Below the pieces are notes generated by a model. The model saw only the letters and a program-made list of their open reading frames with translations, searched no databases and was not told where the DNA came from. From Marispirochaeta sp. (lineage in GTDB: Bacteria; Spirochaetota; Spirochaetia; JC444; Marispirochaetaceae), in NCBI GenBank assembly GCA_963676835.2, contig CAXXFF010000002.1, positions 384,001 through 448,000 on the forward strand: DNA of 64,000 bases, read 5' to 3'. Below are positions 47,151-56,142 of this stretch, piece by piece. Each line of letters begins with the position of its first letter. Positions within the stretch are counted from its first letter, which is position 1. Position numbers and translations under genes: made by a program.

Positions 47151-47540
47151 ATGCCCTATAAAAATCTGATACAGGCTGCAACCGAAGCAAGGGAGAATGC
47201 TCATGCACCCTACTCGAAATTCAAGGTTGGCGCGGCCCTTATGCTCGACTCCTGCGAAATTGTTTCAGGCTGTAATATTGAAAATGCCAGCTATGGAGCC
47301 ACCGTTTGTGCTGAAAGGGTGGCTATTTTCAAAGCCGTGAGCGAAGCCCCTGGAGCGCGGATAACCGCCCTGGCGGTTGTCACCGACAGCACCCCTCCGG
47401 CGCCGCCCTGCGCCCTCTGTCTGCAGGTACTGTCCGAGTTCTGTCCTGCAGATATGCCCATAATTCTTGAAAGTCTGGATGGAACCAGAAAGGAATATAC
47501 CTTCAAAGACCTGCTTCCCCACCCTTTTACTGATTTCTGA
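47151..47540 (+). CDS. cdd: Cytidine deaminase (homotetrameric type)
   Basis: APYSKFKVGAA, NIENASY, CAER, PCALC, LLP..F. Confidence 0.96.
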   Translation: MPYKNLIQAATEARENAHAPYSKFKVGAALMLDSCEIVSGCNIENASYGATVCAERVAIFKAVSEAPGARITALAVVTDSTPPAPPCALCLQVLSEFCPADMPIILESLDGTRKEYTFKDLLPHPFTDF

Positions 47541-47586
47541 TTACTGATTCTCGATTCCTGATTATTCATATCGAGAATCATAATCA
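47538..47586. promoter_or_regulatory. Long inverted repeat between cdd and the alkaline phosphatase gene
   Basis: TGATTA(C)TGATTCTCGAT ... ATCGAGAATCATAATCA; no U-tract. Confidence 0.5.
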
Positions 47587-47688
47587 AAACCTCATCATAA
47601 TCTTACCATCACCGAACAGCAGGGTAACTGTCCCCTAATAGAAGCGTTGAATACTGATCTCATCTTATTACTCATTCAATAAGAGGAG

Positions 47689-49152
47689 ATGAAAATGAAA
47701 AAGATGAAATCAGTAGTTCTCGCAGCCCTGCTGCTGCTCCTGGTTCCTGCCCTGGTAATCGCAGAGGGTGCAAAGGAATCAGATTCACAGATGGATGCTC
47801 CCAATGCAAAGTATGTGTTCCTTTTTATCGGTGATGGTATGTCCATGACCCAGATCAATGCAGCTGAAGCATACCTCAAATCTGAAGAAGCTTCCGACAT
47901 CGGTGTTGAAAAGCTTACTTTCACCCAGTTTCCCGCTCAGGGACTTACCACAACCTACGATGCCGGTTCATTTATTACCGACTCAGCATCCGCTGGTACT
48001 GCAATCGCAACGGGTAACAAGACTCTCTCCGGTGTGATCAACATGGACACAACCAAAACCAAAGAGTTCACCACCATTGCCGAAATGGCAAAAGCCGCAG
48101 GCATGAAGGTTGGTATTCTTTCCAGCGTAAACCTCGACCATGCAACTCCCGCCTGTTTCTATGCAAAACAGGACAGCCGCAGCAAGTATTACGATATCAA
48201 CATGCAGCTTGCAAACAGTAACTTCGATTACTTTGCCGGCGGAATGGTGCGTATCGACAAAACCCCGGAAGGCCAGAAAAACGCCCACGAGGTAATGGCC
48301 GAAAAGGGCTGGCAGATTGCCTCCAACCGCGCTGAACTTGAGGCTCTGAAACCCGGAACCCAGGCCTATGCCTACTACAGCACCAGCTTTACCCGCAACT
48401 CTCTGGACTACGCCATGGATCAGGAAGCAGATGACGTCAGTATTGCCGAGTACACTGCTAAAGGTATCGAGCTGCTGGATAATGAGAAGGGATTTTTCAT
48501 GATGGTTGAAGGTGGAAAAATCGACTGGGCATGTCACGCCAACGATGCTGCAGCCTCCATCCACAACACCATTGCCTTCAACGAAGCAATTCAGGAAGCT
48601 GTTGATTTCTACCGGCAGCACCCCTCTGAGACCCTGATCGTAGTTACCGGAGACCACGAAACCGGTGGGCTCTCCCTCGGTTTTGCCGGTACAAAATACG
48701 ATTCAGCCTTCGGTGAGATTGCAAAGCAGAATATGAGCTTCGAAGCCTTCGACAACTTCGTATTCAAGAAGTTCAAGGAAGAGAATCCCAACGGTACTCT
48801 TGCACAGATAATGCCCGAAATTAAAAAGGCTTTCGGCATCGAAACCCTGACCGAATACGAAACAAAAATGGTAGATAAAGCTTTTACCGCCGCCATGCAG
48901 GGCGCCGGCAAGGATGAAGAATCCTATCTACTCTACGGTGGATACAATCCCCTGTCTGTAACCCTTACTCACATCCTTAATAACCGCGCCGGTCTGGCAT
49001 GGGCATCCTACTCCCACACCGGAGTACCCGTACCAACCTTCGCCATGGGCGTCGGATCCGAACTCTACAACGGGTACTACGACAACACAGATATTTTCAA
49101 AAAAACCACAGCTGTCCTCGGTGTAAACCAGGCAACTGCAATGGCTGAATAA
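47689..49152 (+). CDS. phoA: Alkaline phosphatase (PhoA/PhoB family)
   Basis: Signal peptide; FIGDGM, TDSAS (catalytic Ser), HATPA, EGGKIDWACH.ND, TGDHETGG, HT. Confidence 0.93.
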   Translation: MKMKKMKSVVLAALLLLLVPALVIAEGAKESDSQMDAPNAKYVFLFIGDGMSMTQINAAEAYLKSEEASDIGVEKLTFTQFPAQGLTTTYDAGSFITDSASAGTAIATGNKTLSGVINMDTTKTKEFTTIAEMAKAAGMKVGILSSVNLDHATPACFYAKQDSRSKYYDINMQLANSNFDYFAGGMVRIDKTPEGQKNAHEVMAEKGWQIASNRAELEALKPGTQAYAYYSTSFTRNSLDYAMDQEADDVSIAEYTAKGIELLDNEKGFFMMVEGGKIDWACHANDAAASIHNTIAFNEAIQEAVDFYRQHPSETLIVVTGDHETGGLSLGFAGTKYDSAFGEIAKQNMSFEAFDNFVFKKFKEENPNGTLAQIMPEIKKAFGIETLTEYETKMVDKAFTAAMQGAGKDEESYLLYGGYNPLSVTLTHILNNRAGLAWASYSHTGVPVPTFAMGVGSELYNGYYDNTDIFKKTTAVLGVNQATAMAE

Positions 49153-49181
49153 AAGAAAATATCCATAACAAACAGTTTATT

Positions 49182-49212
49182 AACCAGGTCCCCTCCGGGG
49201 GGCTTGGTTTTT
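49182..49212 (+). terminator. Hairpin/terminator after phoA
   Basis: AACCAGGTCCCC-TCC-GGGGGGCTTGGTT followed by Ts. Confidence 0.65.
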
Positions 49213-49251
49213 CATTTTATATCGGGGGAACTGATGATAATAAAAGAAAAG

Positions 49252-50400
49252 ATGGAGAACAAAGACAGGATCCTGACTCTGGTGCTGGCGCTGCTTACTG
49301 CGGCAATCCTGCTTATTCCGGTAAACTTCGGCCAGTCTGCTGCGGGTAATACCAGCCGCGTACGGGCCGAGGTGCTGTCCACCGACGACAGCACCATAGA
49401 GCAGTTCGGCATTGTAAAAACCGGAGATCAGGGGCTTACCATGAAAATCCTCAACGGCCGGTTTAAGAACAAAGAAATTGAAGGAGTCAATCTGCTCATG
49501 GGGAAGATGGATCTGGACAAAATCTTTACCCCCGGAGACACGGCCCTGGTTACCCTCAACCTGAATGATGCCGGAGATACCATCCTTTCAAATCAGGTGG
49601 TTGATCACTACCGTCTCAATGTTGAACTGATCCTCTTCGGGCTGTTTATTGCCCTGCTGATCGTGTATGCCGGATGGACCGGATTCAAAGCCCTTATCTC
49701 TTTCGTTTTCACAGCGGCTTTGATCTGGAAGGTAATGATCCCCGGATTTCTGATAGGCCTGCCGCCGGTTACCCTGTCTCTAACAGTTGTCACCGCCATG
49801 ACAGGGGTAATCATTTTTCTTATCGGCGGCATTTCCCGCATGGGCGCCGTAGCCTTTCTCGGAGCAATTTCCGGAGTCGGGGTAACCGCCCTGCTGGCCC
49901 TGCTTTTCGGCGCCGCCTTCAAGGTACACGGAGCGGTAAAACCCTTTGCGGAAACCCTTCTTTACGCGGGATACGCCCACCTGAATATAACCTCAATATT
50001 TCTTGCAGGAATTTTTCTCTCCTCCTCGGGAGCCGTCATGGATATAGCCATGGATATTGCCGCCTCCATGCGGGAAGTTCAGGAAAAACATCCTGAAATC
50101 GGCAGAAAAGAGCTGATCCTTTCCGGTCTCCGGGTAGGCCGTGCCGTGGTGGGAACCATGACAACAACCCTTCTCCTGGCATACTCCGGAGGATTTACCT
50201 TTATACTTATGGTTTTCATTGCCCAGGGAACTCCGCTGGTGAACGTTTTCAACCTTATCTATGTCAGTTCAGAAATTTTGCATACCCTGGTTGGCAGTTT
50301 CGGCCTTATCCTGGTTGCCCCCCTTACCGCCCTTTACGGAGGCTTCCTCTACACCACAAAAAAGGGTGTGCCTGCCGCCACAGCAGAGGAAATCCTTTAA
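49252..50400 (+). CDS. YibE/F family membrane protein
   Basis: GAVMDIAMDIA, G.RVGRAVVGTMTTTLLLAY.G; multiple TM helices. Confidence 0.88.
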   Translation: MENKDRILTLVLALLTAAILLIPVNFGQSAAGNTSRVRAEVLSTDDSTIEQFGIVKTGDQGLTMKILNGRFKNKEIEGVNLLMGKMDLDKIFTPGDTALVTLNLNDAGDTILSNQVVDHYRLNVELILFGLFIALLIVYAGWTGFKALISFVFTAALIWKVMIPGFLIGLPPVTLSLTVVTAMTGVIIFLIGGISRMGAVAFLGAISGVGVTALLALLFGAAFKVHGAVKPFAETLLYAGYAHLNITSIFLAGIFLSSSGAVMDIAMDIAASMREVQEKHPEIGRKELILSGLRVGRAVVGTMTTTLLLAYSGGFTFILMVFIAQGTPLVNVFNLIYVSSEILHTLVGSFGLILVAPLTALYGGFLYTTKKGVPAATAEEIL

Positions 50401-50408
50401 ACCCCTTT

Positions 50409-50436
50409 TTGACAGTGGATTAACACATTTCTGACA
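50409..50436 (+). promoter_or_regulatory. Pho-box-like triple direct repeat
   Basis: TTGACA (50409), TTAACA (50420), CTGACA (50431) at an exact 11-bp period. Confidence 0.55.
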
Positions 50437-50476
50437 TAAAAACACGCCTAGTATGGGTAACAGGAAGGAGGCAGAT

Positions 50477-52873
50477 ATGGCCCGAATTGACCTGCATGTA
50501 CACTCAAAATACTCCGACCACCCCTCCGAGTGGTTTCTCCAGCGTCTGGGGACCTCGGAATCCTATACCGAACCGGAGTACATTTATACCACCGCCAAAC
50601 AGCGGGGGATGCAGCTTGTTACCATCACCGACCATAACAGTATTCAGGGAGCAGTCGAGCTGCACAAGAATCATCCTGAAGATACCTTTATCAGCGTAGA
50701 GTCCACAGCCTACTTTCCCGAAGACGGCTGCAAGATCCATATTCTTCTCTTTGATATCAGCGAAGCACAGTTTGAGAAAATTGAAGAGATTCGAAAGAAT
50801 ATCTATGATCTTCGGGATTATATTGTCAGGGAAAACATCGCCTACTCTGTCGCCCATGCAACCTACTCGGTAAACGGCGCGGTTACCTCTGCTCATCTGG
50901 AAAAACTGATACTTCTCTTCGATATCTTTGAATCCATTAATGGCGGCCGTAACCGCCGCAACAATGATGAGTGGACTGAATTCCTCAAGTCCCTTACCCG
51001 GGAAGATATCGATGCAATGAAGCTACGCCATGGAATAAAACCCATTTCCGATACCCCCTGGATCAAAGGCTTTACCGCAGGTTCCGACGATCATGCCGGA
51101 ATCTTTATCGCCAAAACCTATACCCAGTGCGACGGCACCGGTACTGCGGATCTGTTGGAATCAATCCGCCAGGGAACCTGCCAGGCACAAGGCCGGCACC
51201 ACAGCTTCCACTCCATGACCTTTATGATCTACAAGGTAGCCTTCGACTTTATCCGCTACCAGCAGCGGAGTACTCTTCCAGGACCGGTAGCAATAATCCT
51301 TGAGAGCCTGTTTAACGAAGAAGGCTTTGACTTTAAGAAAGCCTTTGCCCTTAAACGGATAAAACGGCGCAAGAAAAAAAGTAACAACCAGAGAATTCTG
51401 CTGGAACTCATTGACGGCGTGCGCCAGGTAGATTTCCACGAGATCGATGCCCGGCTGGATATCGTATACGAAAAAGCAGCCGATCTGCTGGATGGAATGA
51501 TCAGCGACTTTGCCGACTCTGTGGGCAAAAACCTGAAAAAAGGCAATTTTGACAAGCTGATGCGTAATTTCTCCGCCCTCCTGCCGGCGCTTTTTCTTTC
51601 AGTCCCTTTTGTCAGCACCTTTACCCACATGTTCAATAACCGCCGTCTTGTAGGAGAACTTTACAGCAGCCTGAAAAAAGAGCCGCCGAAGCGGGAGAAA
51701 AAAATTCTCTGGTTTACCGATACCCTTACGGAGCTCAACGGAGTCGCCATAACGGTTCAGGAGATAGGCTGGATTGCCCACAGCATGAAAAAGAATATTC
51801 GCATTGCAGCTGCGGTGGACGACGACCAGATGTCGGCAAAACTTCCTCCCAATCTGATGCGTATACCAACAGTGGCAGGCTTCCCCCTTCCCCATTACGA
51901 ACGCCTCAGCCTGAAGGTGCCCAGCCTGCTGAAAACCCTGAAAATGATCAATGACTATGATCCCGATGAAATCTATATTTCAACGCCCATGACAATAGGG
52001 CTTACCGGACTGGCAGCCGCCAGGCTGCTGGATATTCCGGCAACCGCAATTCACCATACCGACGGCACCATGCAGGTAAAAGAGATTGTGGATGACATAA
52101 CCATAACCAACTACGTGGAAAGTTATATGAAGTGGTTCCATTCAGCCTGCGGCACTACCCTGGTGAATACCCGTGAATATGGAGAAATACTGCAGAAACG
52201 GGGCTACCGCATGAAAAACCTCGGACTTTTCCGGCGCGGCATCGACACCGCCCGGTTCATCCCGGATAAGGATGCCCGCAGCAAGGTCAGGGAAGAGTAT
52301 GGCATACAGGATGGCATAAACCTTATCTTTGCCGGACGCATATCAAAAGACAAGAGTGTTGATACCGTAGTCGATGCCTACCTTGCTCTCAAGGAAAAAT
52401 ACAGCAGTCTTAATCTGATTATGGCCGGGGAAGGCCCTTATATGGATGATCTTGTCCGCCGGCTGAAAAATGAAGAGAGAGTTTACTTCCTGGGCCGGGT
52501 AGACCACGACCTGATGCCGGTGGTTTACTCTTCCGCCGATCTTTTTCTCTTTCCCAGCATTACCGATACCTTCGGCAGGGTGGTTGCAGAAGCCCAGGCC
52601 TGCGGCGTTCCCACTATTGTAAGCAATCAGGGAGGCCCCCAGGAGGTTATTGCCGACGGGATGACCGGCCGTATTATGAAGGATCAGGCCTCCGGGGCCT
52701 GGACAGAAGCAGCAGATATATACCTGCAGAAACTTATCAGCGACCCTGAAGGCTACGCCGCCCTGCGCACTAAATCCAGAGAGCATATACTTAAAGAGTA
52801 CAGCATGCAGCACTTTATTGATGGACTCTTTAAAGAGGACGGGATTCCTGTGGAAAAACGCATAAGCGCCTGA
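50477..52873 (+). CDS. PHP phosphoesterase domain fused to a GT4 glycosyltransferase
   Basis: DLHVHS, ITDHN, AH, GSDDH (PHP); FTDT...NGV, GRISKDK, DTFGRVVAEAQACG (GT4). Confidence 0.9.
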   Translation: MARIDLHVHSKYSDHPSEWFLQRLGTSESYTEPEYIYTTAKQRGMQLVTITDHNSIQGAVELHKNHPEDTFISVESTAYFPEDGCKIHILLFDISEAQFEKIEEIRKNIYDLRDYIVRENIAYSVAHATYSVNGAVTSAHLEKLILLFDIFESINGGRNRRNNDEWTEFLKSLTREDIDAMKLRHGIKPISDTPWIKGFTAGSDDHAGIFIAKTYTQCDGTGTADLLESIRQGTCQAQGRHHSFHSMTFMIYKVAFDFIRYQQRSTLPGPVAIILESLFNEEGFDFKKAFALKRIKRRKKKSNNQRILLELIDGVRQVDFHEIDARLDIVYEKAADLLDGMISDFADSVGKNLKKGNFDKLMRNFSALLPALFLSVPFVSTFTHMFNNRRLVGELYSSLKKEPPKREKKILWFTDTLTELNGVAITVQEIGWIAHSMKKNIRIAAAVDDDQMSAKLPPNLMRIPTVAGFPLPHYERLSLKVPSLLKTLKMINDYDPDEIYISTPMTIGLTGLAAARLLDIPATAIHHTDGTMQVKEIVDDITITNYVESYMKWFHSACGTTLVNTREYGEILQKRGYRMKNLGLFRRGIDTARFIPDKDARSKVREEYGIQDGINLIFAGRISKDKSVDTVVDAYLALKEKYSSLNLIMAGEGPYMDDLVRRLKNEERVYFLGRVDHDLMPVVYSSADLFLFPSITDTFGRVVAEAQACGVPTIVSNQGGPQEVIADGMTGRIMKDQASGAWTEAADIYLQKLISDPEGYAALRTKSREHILKEYSMQHFIDGLFKEDGIPVEKRISA

Positions 52874-52989
52874 AAAAAGTCTATTTTTCTTTACTTTTCC
52901 CTTCCTTTTCCTTCCTTTTTTCTGCAAAACTACTTTTTTACCTCGCCGGGGTATATACTAGTAGTATAAAAAAGGAAGGAGGAAGAGAT

Positions 52990-53526
52990 ATGAAGAAACT
53001 GATTCTAATCTCTATTATTCTCTGTATAGGAGCATCACTTGCTTTCGCCCAGTCCGGGTCGGATAATATCGGAAGCCAATGGGATATCTATCTTCATGTT
53101 CCTTACTATATTGGTATTCATACCGACAATGACGACTTGGGTTCAGGCCTGGATTATGCCTTTCTGGTACCTGAGGTTAACTGGCATTACTACTTCGGCT
53201 CGGATCTTCTACACCTTGGCGTCGGGGCAGACCTGTTTACCCTGATTCTTGAAAGCATGGCAATGCCGAGTGTAGCTGTTGAATCCTTCATGGGTCCTCT
53301 TGTGCTGAATGCACGGGTCAGCGGCGGGGCTTTTTTCTTTTTCGGACTTATCAATGATTTTGGCACTGCAAGTCTGTTCTTCCCTGAAGCATCTGTAGCA
53401 TACCGCTTTGGCGAGAAAAAGACCTTCGGTGTCGGCACATCGATTAAACTGATGGTTGCTCCGGATGTAGCCGATGTGGATAATTTTGCCTATATCGGTA
53501 CGGTTTACGCCCGCTGGACCCTGTAG
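52990..53526 (+). CDS. Exported hypothetical protein, possible small beta-barrel outer-membrane protein
   Basis: Signal peptide ASLAFA; alternating hydrophobic beta-strands; aromatic-rich C-terminus YARWTL. Confidence 0.6.
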   Translation: MKKLILISIILCIGASLAFAQSGSDNIGSQWDIYLHVPYYIGIHTDNDDLGSGLDYAFLVPEVNWHYYFGSDLLHLGVGADLFTLILESMAMPSVAVESFMGPLVLNARVSGGAFFFFGLINDFGTASLFFPEASVAYRFGEKKTFGVGTSIKLMVAPDVADVDNFAYIGTVYARWTL

Positions 53527-53536
53527 GATTTCCTGA

Positions 53537-55375
53537 TTAATACACCCGGCGGTCAACCAGGTAGCCGCTGTTTCCGGTCTTCATATTGGAAGACTTGACC
53601 TGTTTCTTTATCAGGGCGGCTACCTGCCCCAGCTTTCCCGGGTGTACTTCATCTGAAAAATTTTCACTGGTTACCACCGCTATACTCAACGACAGGAGGG
53701 GGATCTTTGAGCGCCCTCCCCTTCGTCCGGTAACCTCGTACCAGCCTCTGCGTACAATCTCGGGGGGAAACAATTCCTCCCGGCGGCGGTCAAACTCTTC
53801 ACAAAGTCCCGCAAGATCAGGCTCGTTTATCAGCCCTTCACAGACAACAATATAATCATCACCGCCGATATGCCCAAGTCTGGAGTTTCGGGAGAGACTT
53901 GAAACAAATGTGTTGAGGATTGATCCGGTCATCTGCAGGACCTCATCCCCCCGGGTAAAGCCGAAGGTATCATTGAAGGCTTTAAAATTGTCCAGATCGC
54001 AGTAAACAATACTGTAGGATTGGCTCTGGATAGCCTCTTCGAGCCAGTATCCGATTATCATATTTCCCGGCAGCTGGGTAAGGGGATTGGCGCAGGTGGC
54101 AACCTTTATCTCCAGATCAAAGGCCTTGTGGATAATCTGCTTCATGGTTACCGTCCCCACAAGATCCGCATCTTCATTCGTGATAATAACCGGATCATAA
54201 AGATTCTCCTGCGAGCGTTCCATTGCAAGACGGCCTACGGTCCGCAAATCCGTATGTTCATCCAGGCATAGCATCTCGGTCTTTGCCACAGTCTCAACAA
54301 ATTTTTTCTGAAAGAGACTGTAGCCGAACTGGCCTCCGATAACAGAGTAAAAATGGCTCCTGGGAAGAATCCCCCAGGGACGTCGCCCTTTCATAAGTAC
54401 CACATGGTCCAGACTGTTGGATTTACGGAATATCCGGTCCATGTCCCGGCAGGTGATGCTTTCCAACTGATATGTTGCAGGCTTTATGACCATCCCGGAA
54501 ATTGATACATCCACGGTAAACCGGGTTCTTTTCCGCGATTCAACCAGCAAATCAAGACTTGCCTGCGCTTCCTGGTCCAGCTCCCGTGGGATTTCTGCAG
54601 GGCGGCCGAGATAAAATCCCTGGGCGTAGCGGACTCCAAGCCGAAAAAGGGTCATAAGGTCCGCCTGATTTTCTATACCCTCTGCAATACAGGCACTGCC
54701 GACTTCGGCGGCAAAGGAAGTTATTGCCCGCACAAGATTCTGCTTGTAGCCGCTTTCGGCTATTCCCTGAACCAGAGCCATATCCAGCTTCAGAAAATGG
54801 GGAGTCATGGCAACCAGGGTCACCATTCCCGAATGGCCGGCGCCGAAATCATCCAGGGCAACCTGAAAGCCCTGGGAAACATAATAGCGGATGAGCTCTT
54901 CGAACCTGTCATAATCCTCAACTGTGGCAATCTCGGTAATTTCAAAGACGATATTCTTTGAATCGAGCCCCAGACGATTAATGGAATCAACGGTAGTTCC
55001 TTCAACAAATCTTGGATCGCTGAAAATATGGGGACTGACATTGAAAAAATAGCGGATATCCCTGAGATCTGCAGGATAGGTCGCAATGGTCTCAAGAGCC
55101 TTGGCGCGGCAGGCCCGTTCAAGTTCCCAGTTAAGATTCCATTCATTAGCCAGGGCAAACATGCGGGCCGGATTCTCAAAGGGAGGCTCGCACCTGGTCA
55201 GGACTTCATAGGCATATATTTCGCCTGAAAACGTATCTATAATCGGTTGGAAATGGGGTGTAATGCGTTTACTTTCAATAATGTCCAGCAGATGCAGCCG
55301 GTCCTCACCTTCCTCGGCGGTGATTCCCTGTTTAAGAAGAGTTAGCATTATGTTCGATCCTTCCCCGGTGTACAT
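53537..55375 (-). CDS. EAL-CBS-like-GGDEF c-di-GMP metabolism protein
   Basis: FQPI..EVLTR, EITE, DDFGAGHS, AEGIE, QGFY; NPLTQLPGN, FK.FNDTFG, GGDDY; start uncertain. Confidence 0.92.
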   Translation of the reverse strand: MYTGEGSNIMLTLLKQGITAEEGEDRLHLLDIIESKRITPHFQPIIDTFSGEIYAYEVLTRCEPPFENPARMFALANEWNLNWELERACRAKALETIATYPADLRDIRYFFNVSPHIFSDPRFVEGTTVDSINRLGLDSKNIVFEITEIATVEDYDRFEELIRYYVSQGFQVALDDFGAGHSGMVTLVAMTPHFLKLDMALVQGIAESGYKQNLVRAITSFAAEVGSACIAEGIENQADLMTLFRLGVRYAQGFYLGRPAEIPRELDQEAQASLDLLVESRKRTRFTVDVSISGMVIKPATYQLESITCRDMDRIFRKSNSLDHVVLMKGRRPWGILPRSHFYSVIGGQFGYSLFQKKFVETVAKTEMLCLDEHTDLRTVGRLAMERSQENLYDPVIITNEDADLVGTVTMKQIIHKAFDLEIKVATCANPLTQLPGNMIIGYWLEEAIQSQSYSIVYCDLDNFKAFNDTFGFTRGDEVLQMTGSILNTFVSSLSRNSRLGHIGGDDYIVVCEGLINEPDLAGLCEEFDRRREELFPPEIVRRGWYEVTGRRGGRSKIPLLSLSIAVVTSENFSDEVHPGKLGQVAALIKKQVKSSNMKTGNSGYLVDRRVY

Positions 55376-55497
55376 GTGGTCACCCGATTTTTTGTATACC
55401 CCGTTTTTTAAAATGTGGTGCAACTTTTATGTCTTTTCTGTTAACAAAGTTTTCCATGCCTCGCGGGCTGTGATAAAATGGAAATTCAGGAGTATCT

Positions 55498-56025
55498 ATG
55501 GGTGATTTTTTTGTTCTCACTGCCATTGGCAGAGACCGTGTCGGTATTGTAGATGAAATTGCATCAATTCTCGGCCGTCAGGGCTGTAATATAGAAGAGA
55601 GCCGCATGGCTGTGCTGGGAAGAGAATTCGCGGTAATACTGCTTGCGTCCGGTCCGGACGGAATCATCCAGACCCTGAAAAGCTCTGAAAACCTTGAAGA
55701 GGAACTCGGTCTGCATGTGGAAATACGCTCTACAGAAGCCCCAGGCGCAGAAGCCGCCGGAAGACCCTATGTAATAGAAGCAGTCTCCCTTGATGCTCCT
55801 GGAATCATGCATGCCGTTACGGCAGTGCTTAAAGAAGCCAGAGTCAATATTGAAGAAATTTCCACCGAAACCGCATCTGCTCCATGGACGGGAGCAACCA
55901 TGTTTCAGATGAAGGGAACCGTTATCCTTCCTGCCGACCTGAATGCCGCAGCCCTCAGGGAGAAACTCGAAAAACTGGAGCATGAGCGGGACATTGATAT
56001 TGTACTGAAGCCGGTTAACCGGTAG
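55498..56025 (+). CDS. GcvR-like tandem ACT domain protein
   Basis: TAIGRDRVGIV..NIEESRM; second ACT D.PGIM..V. Confidence 0.85.
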   Translation: MGDFFVLTAIGRDRVGIVDEIASILGRQGCNIEESRMAVLGREFAVILLASGPDGIIQTLKSSENLEEELGLHVEIRSTEAPGAEAAGRPYVIEAVSLDAPGIMHAVTAVLKEARVNIEEISTETASAPWTGATMFQMKGTVILPADLNAAALREKLEKLEHERDIDIVLKPVNR

Positions 56026-56142
56026 AGAGCACCCCTCGCCCCTGCAACCTTTCAAACATTACAAATCTGTAATAATTCAGAAAGGTTTCTGAAAAGTTTA
56101 CGGAGTATCCTCTAAACATATCTTAGGAGGAGGATACTGACC

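Noticed and set aside
47577..47640. Pho box upstream of phoA
   Set aside because: ATCATAATC is repeated at 17-bp rather than 11-bp spacing; too weak to call.
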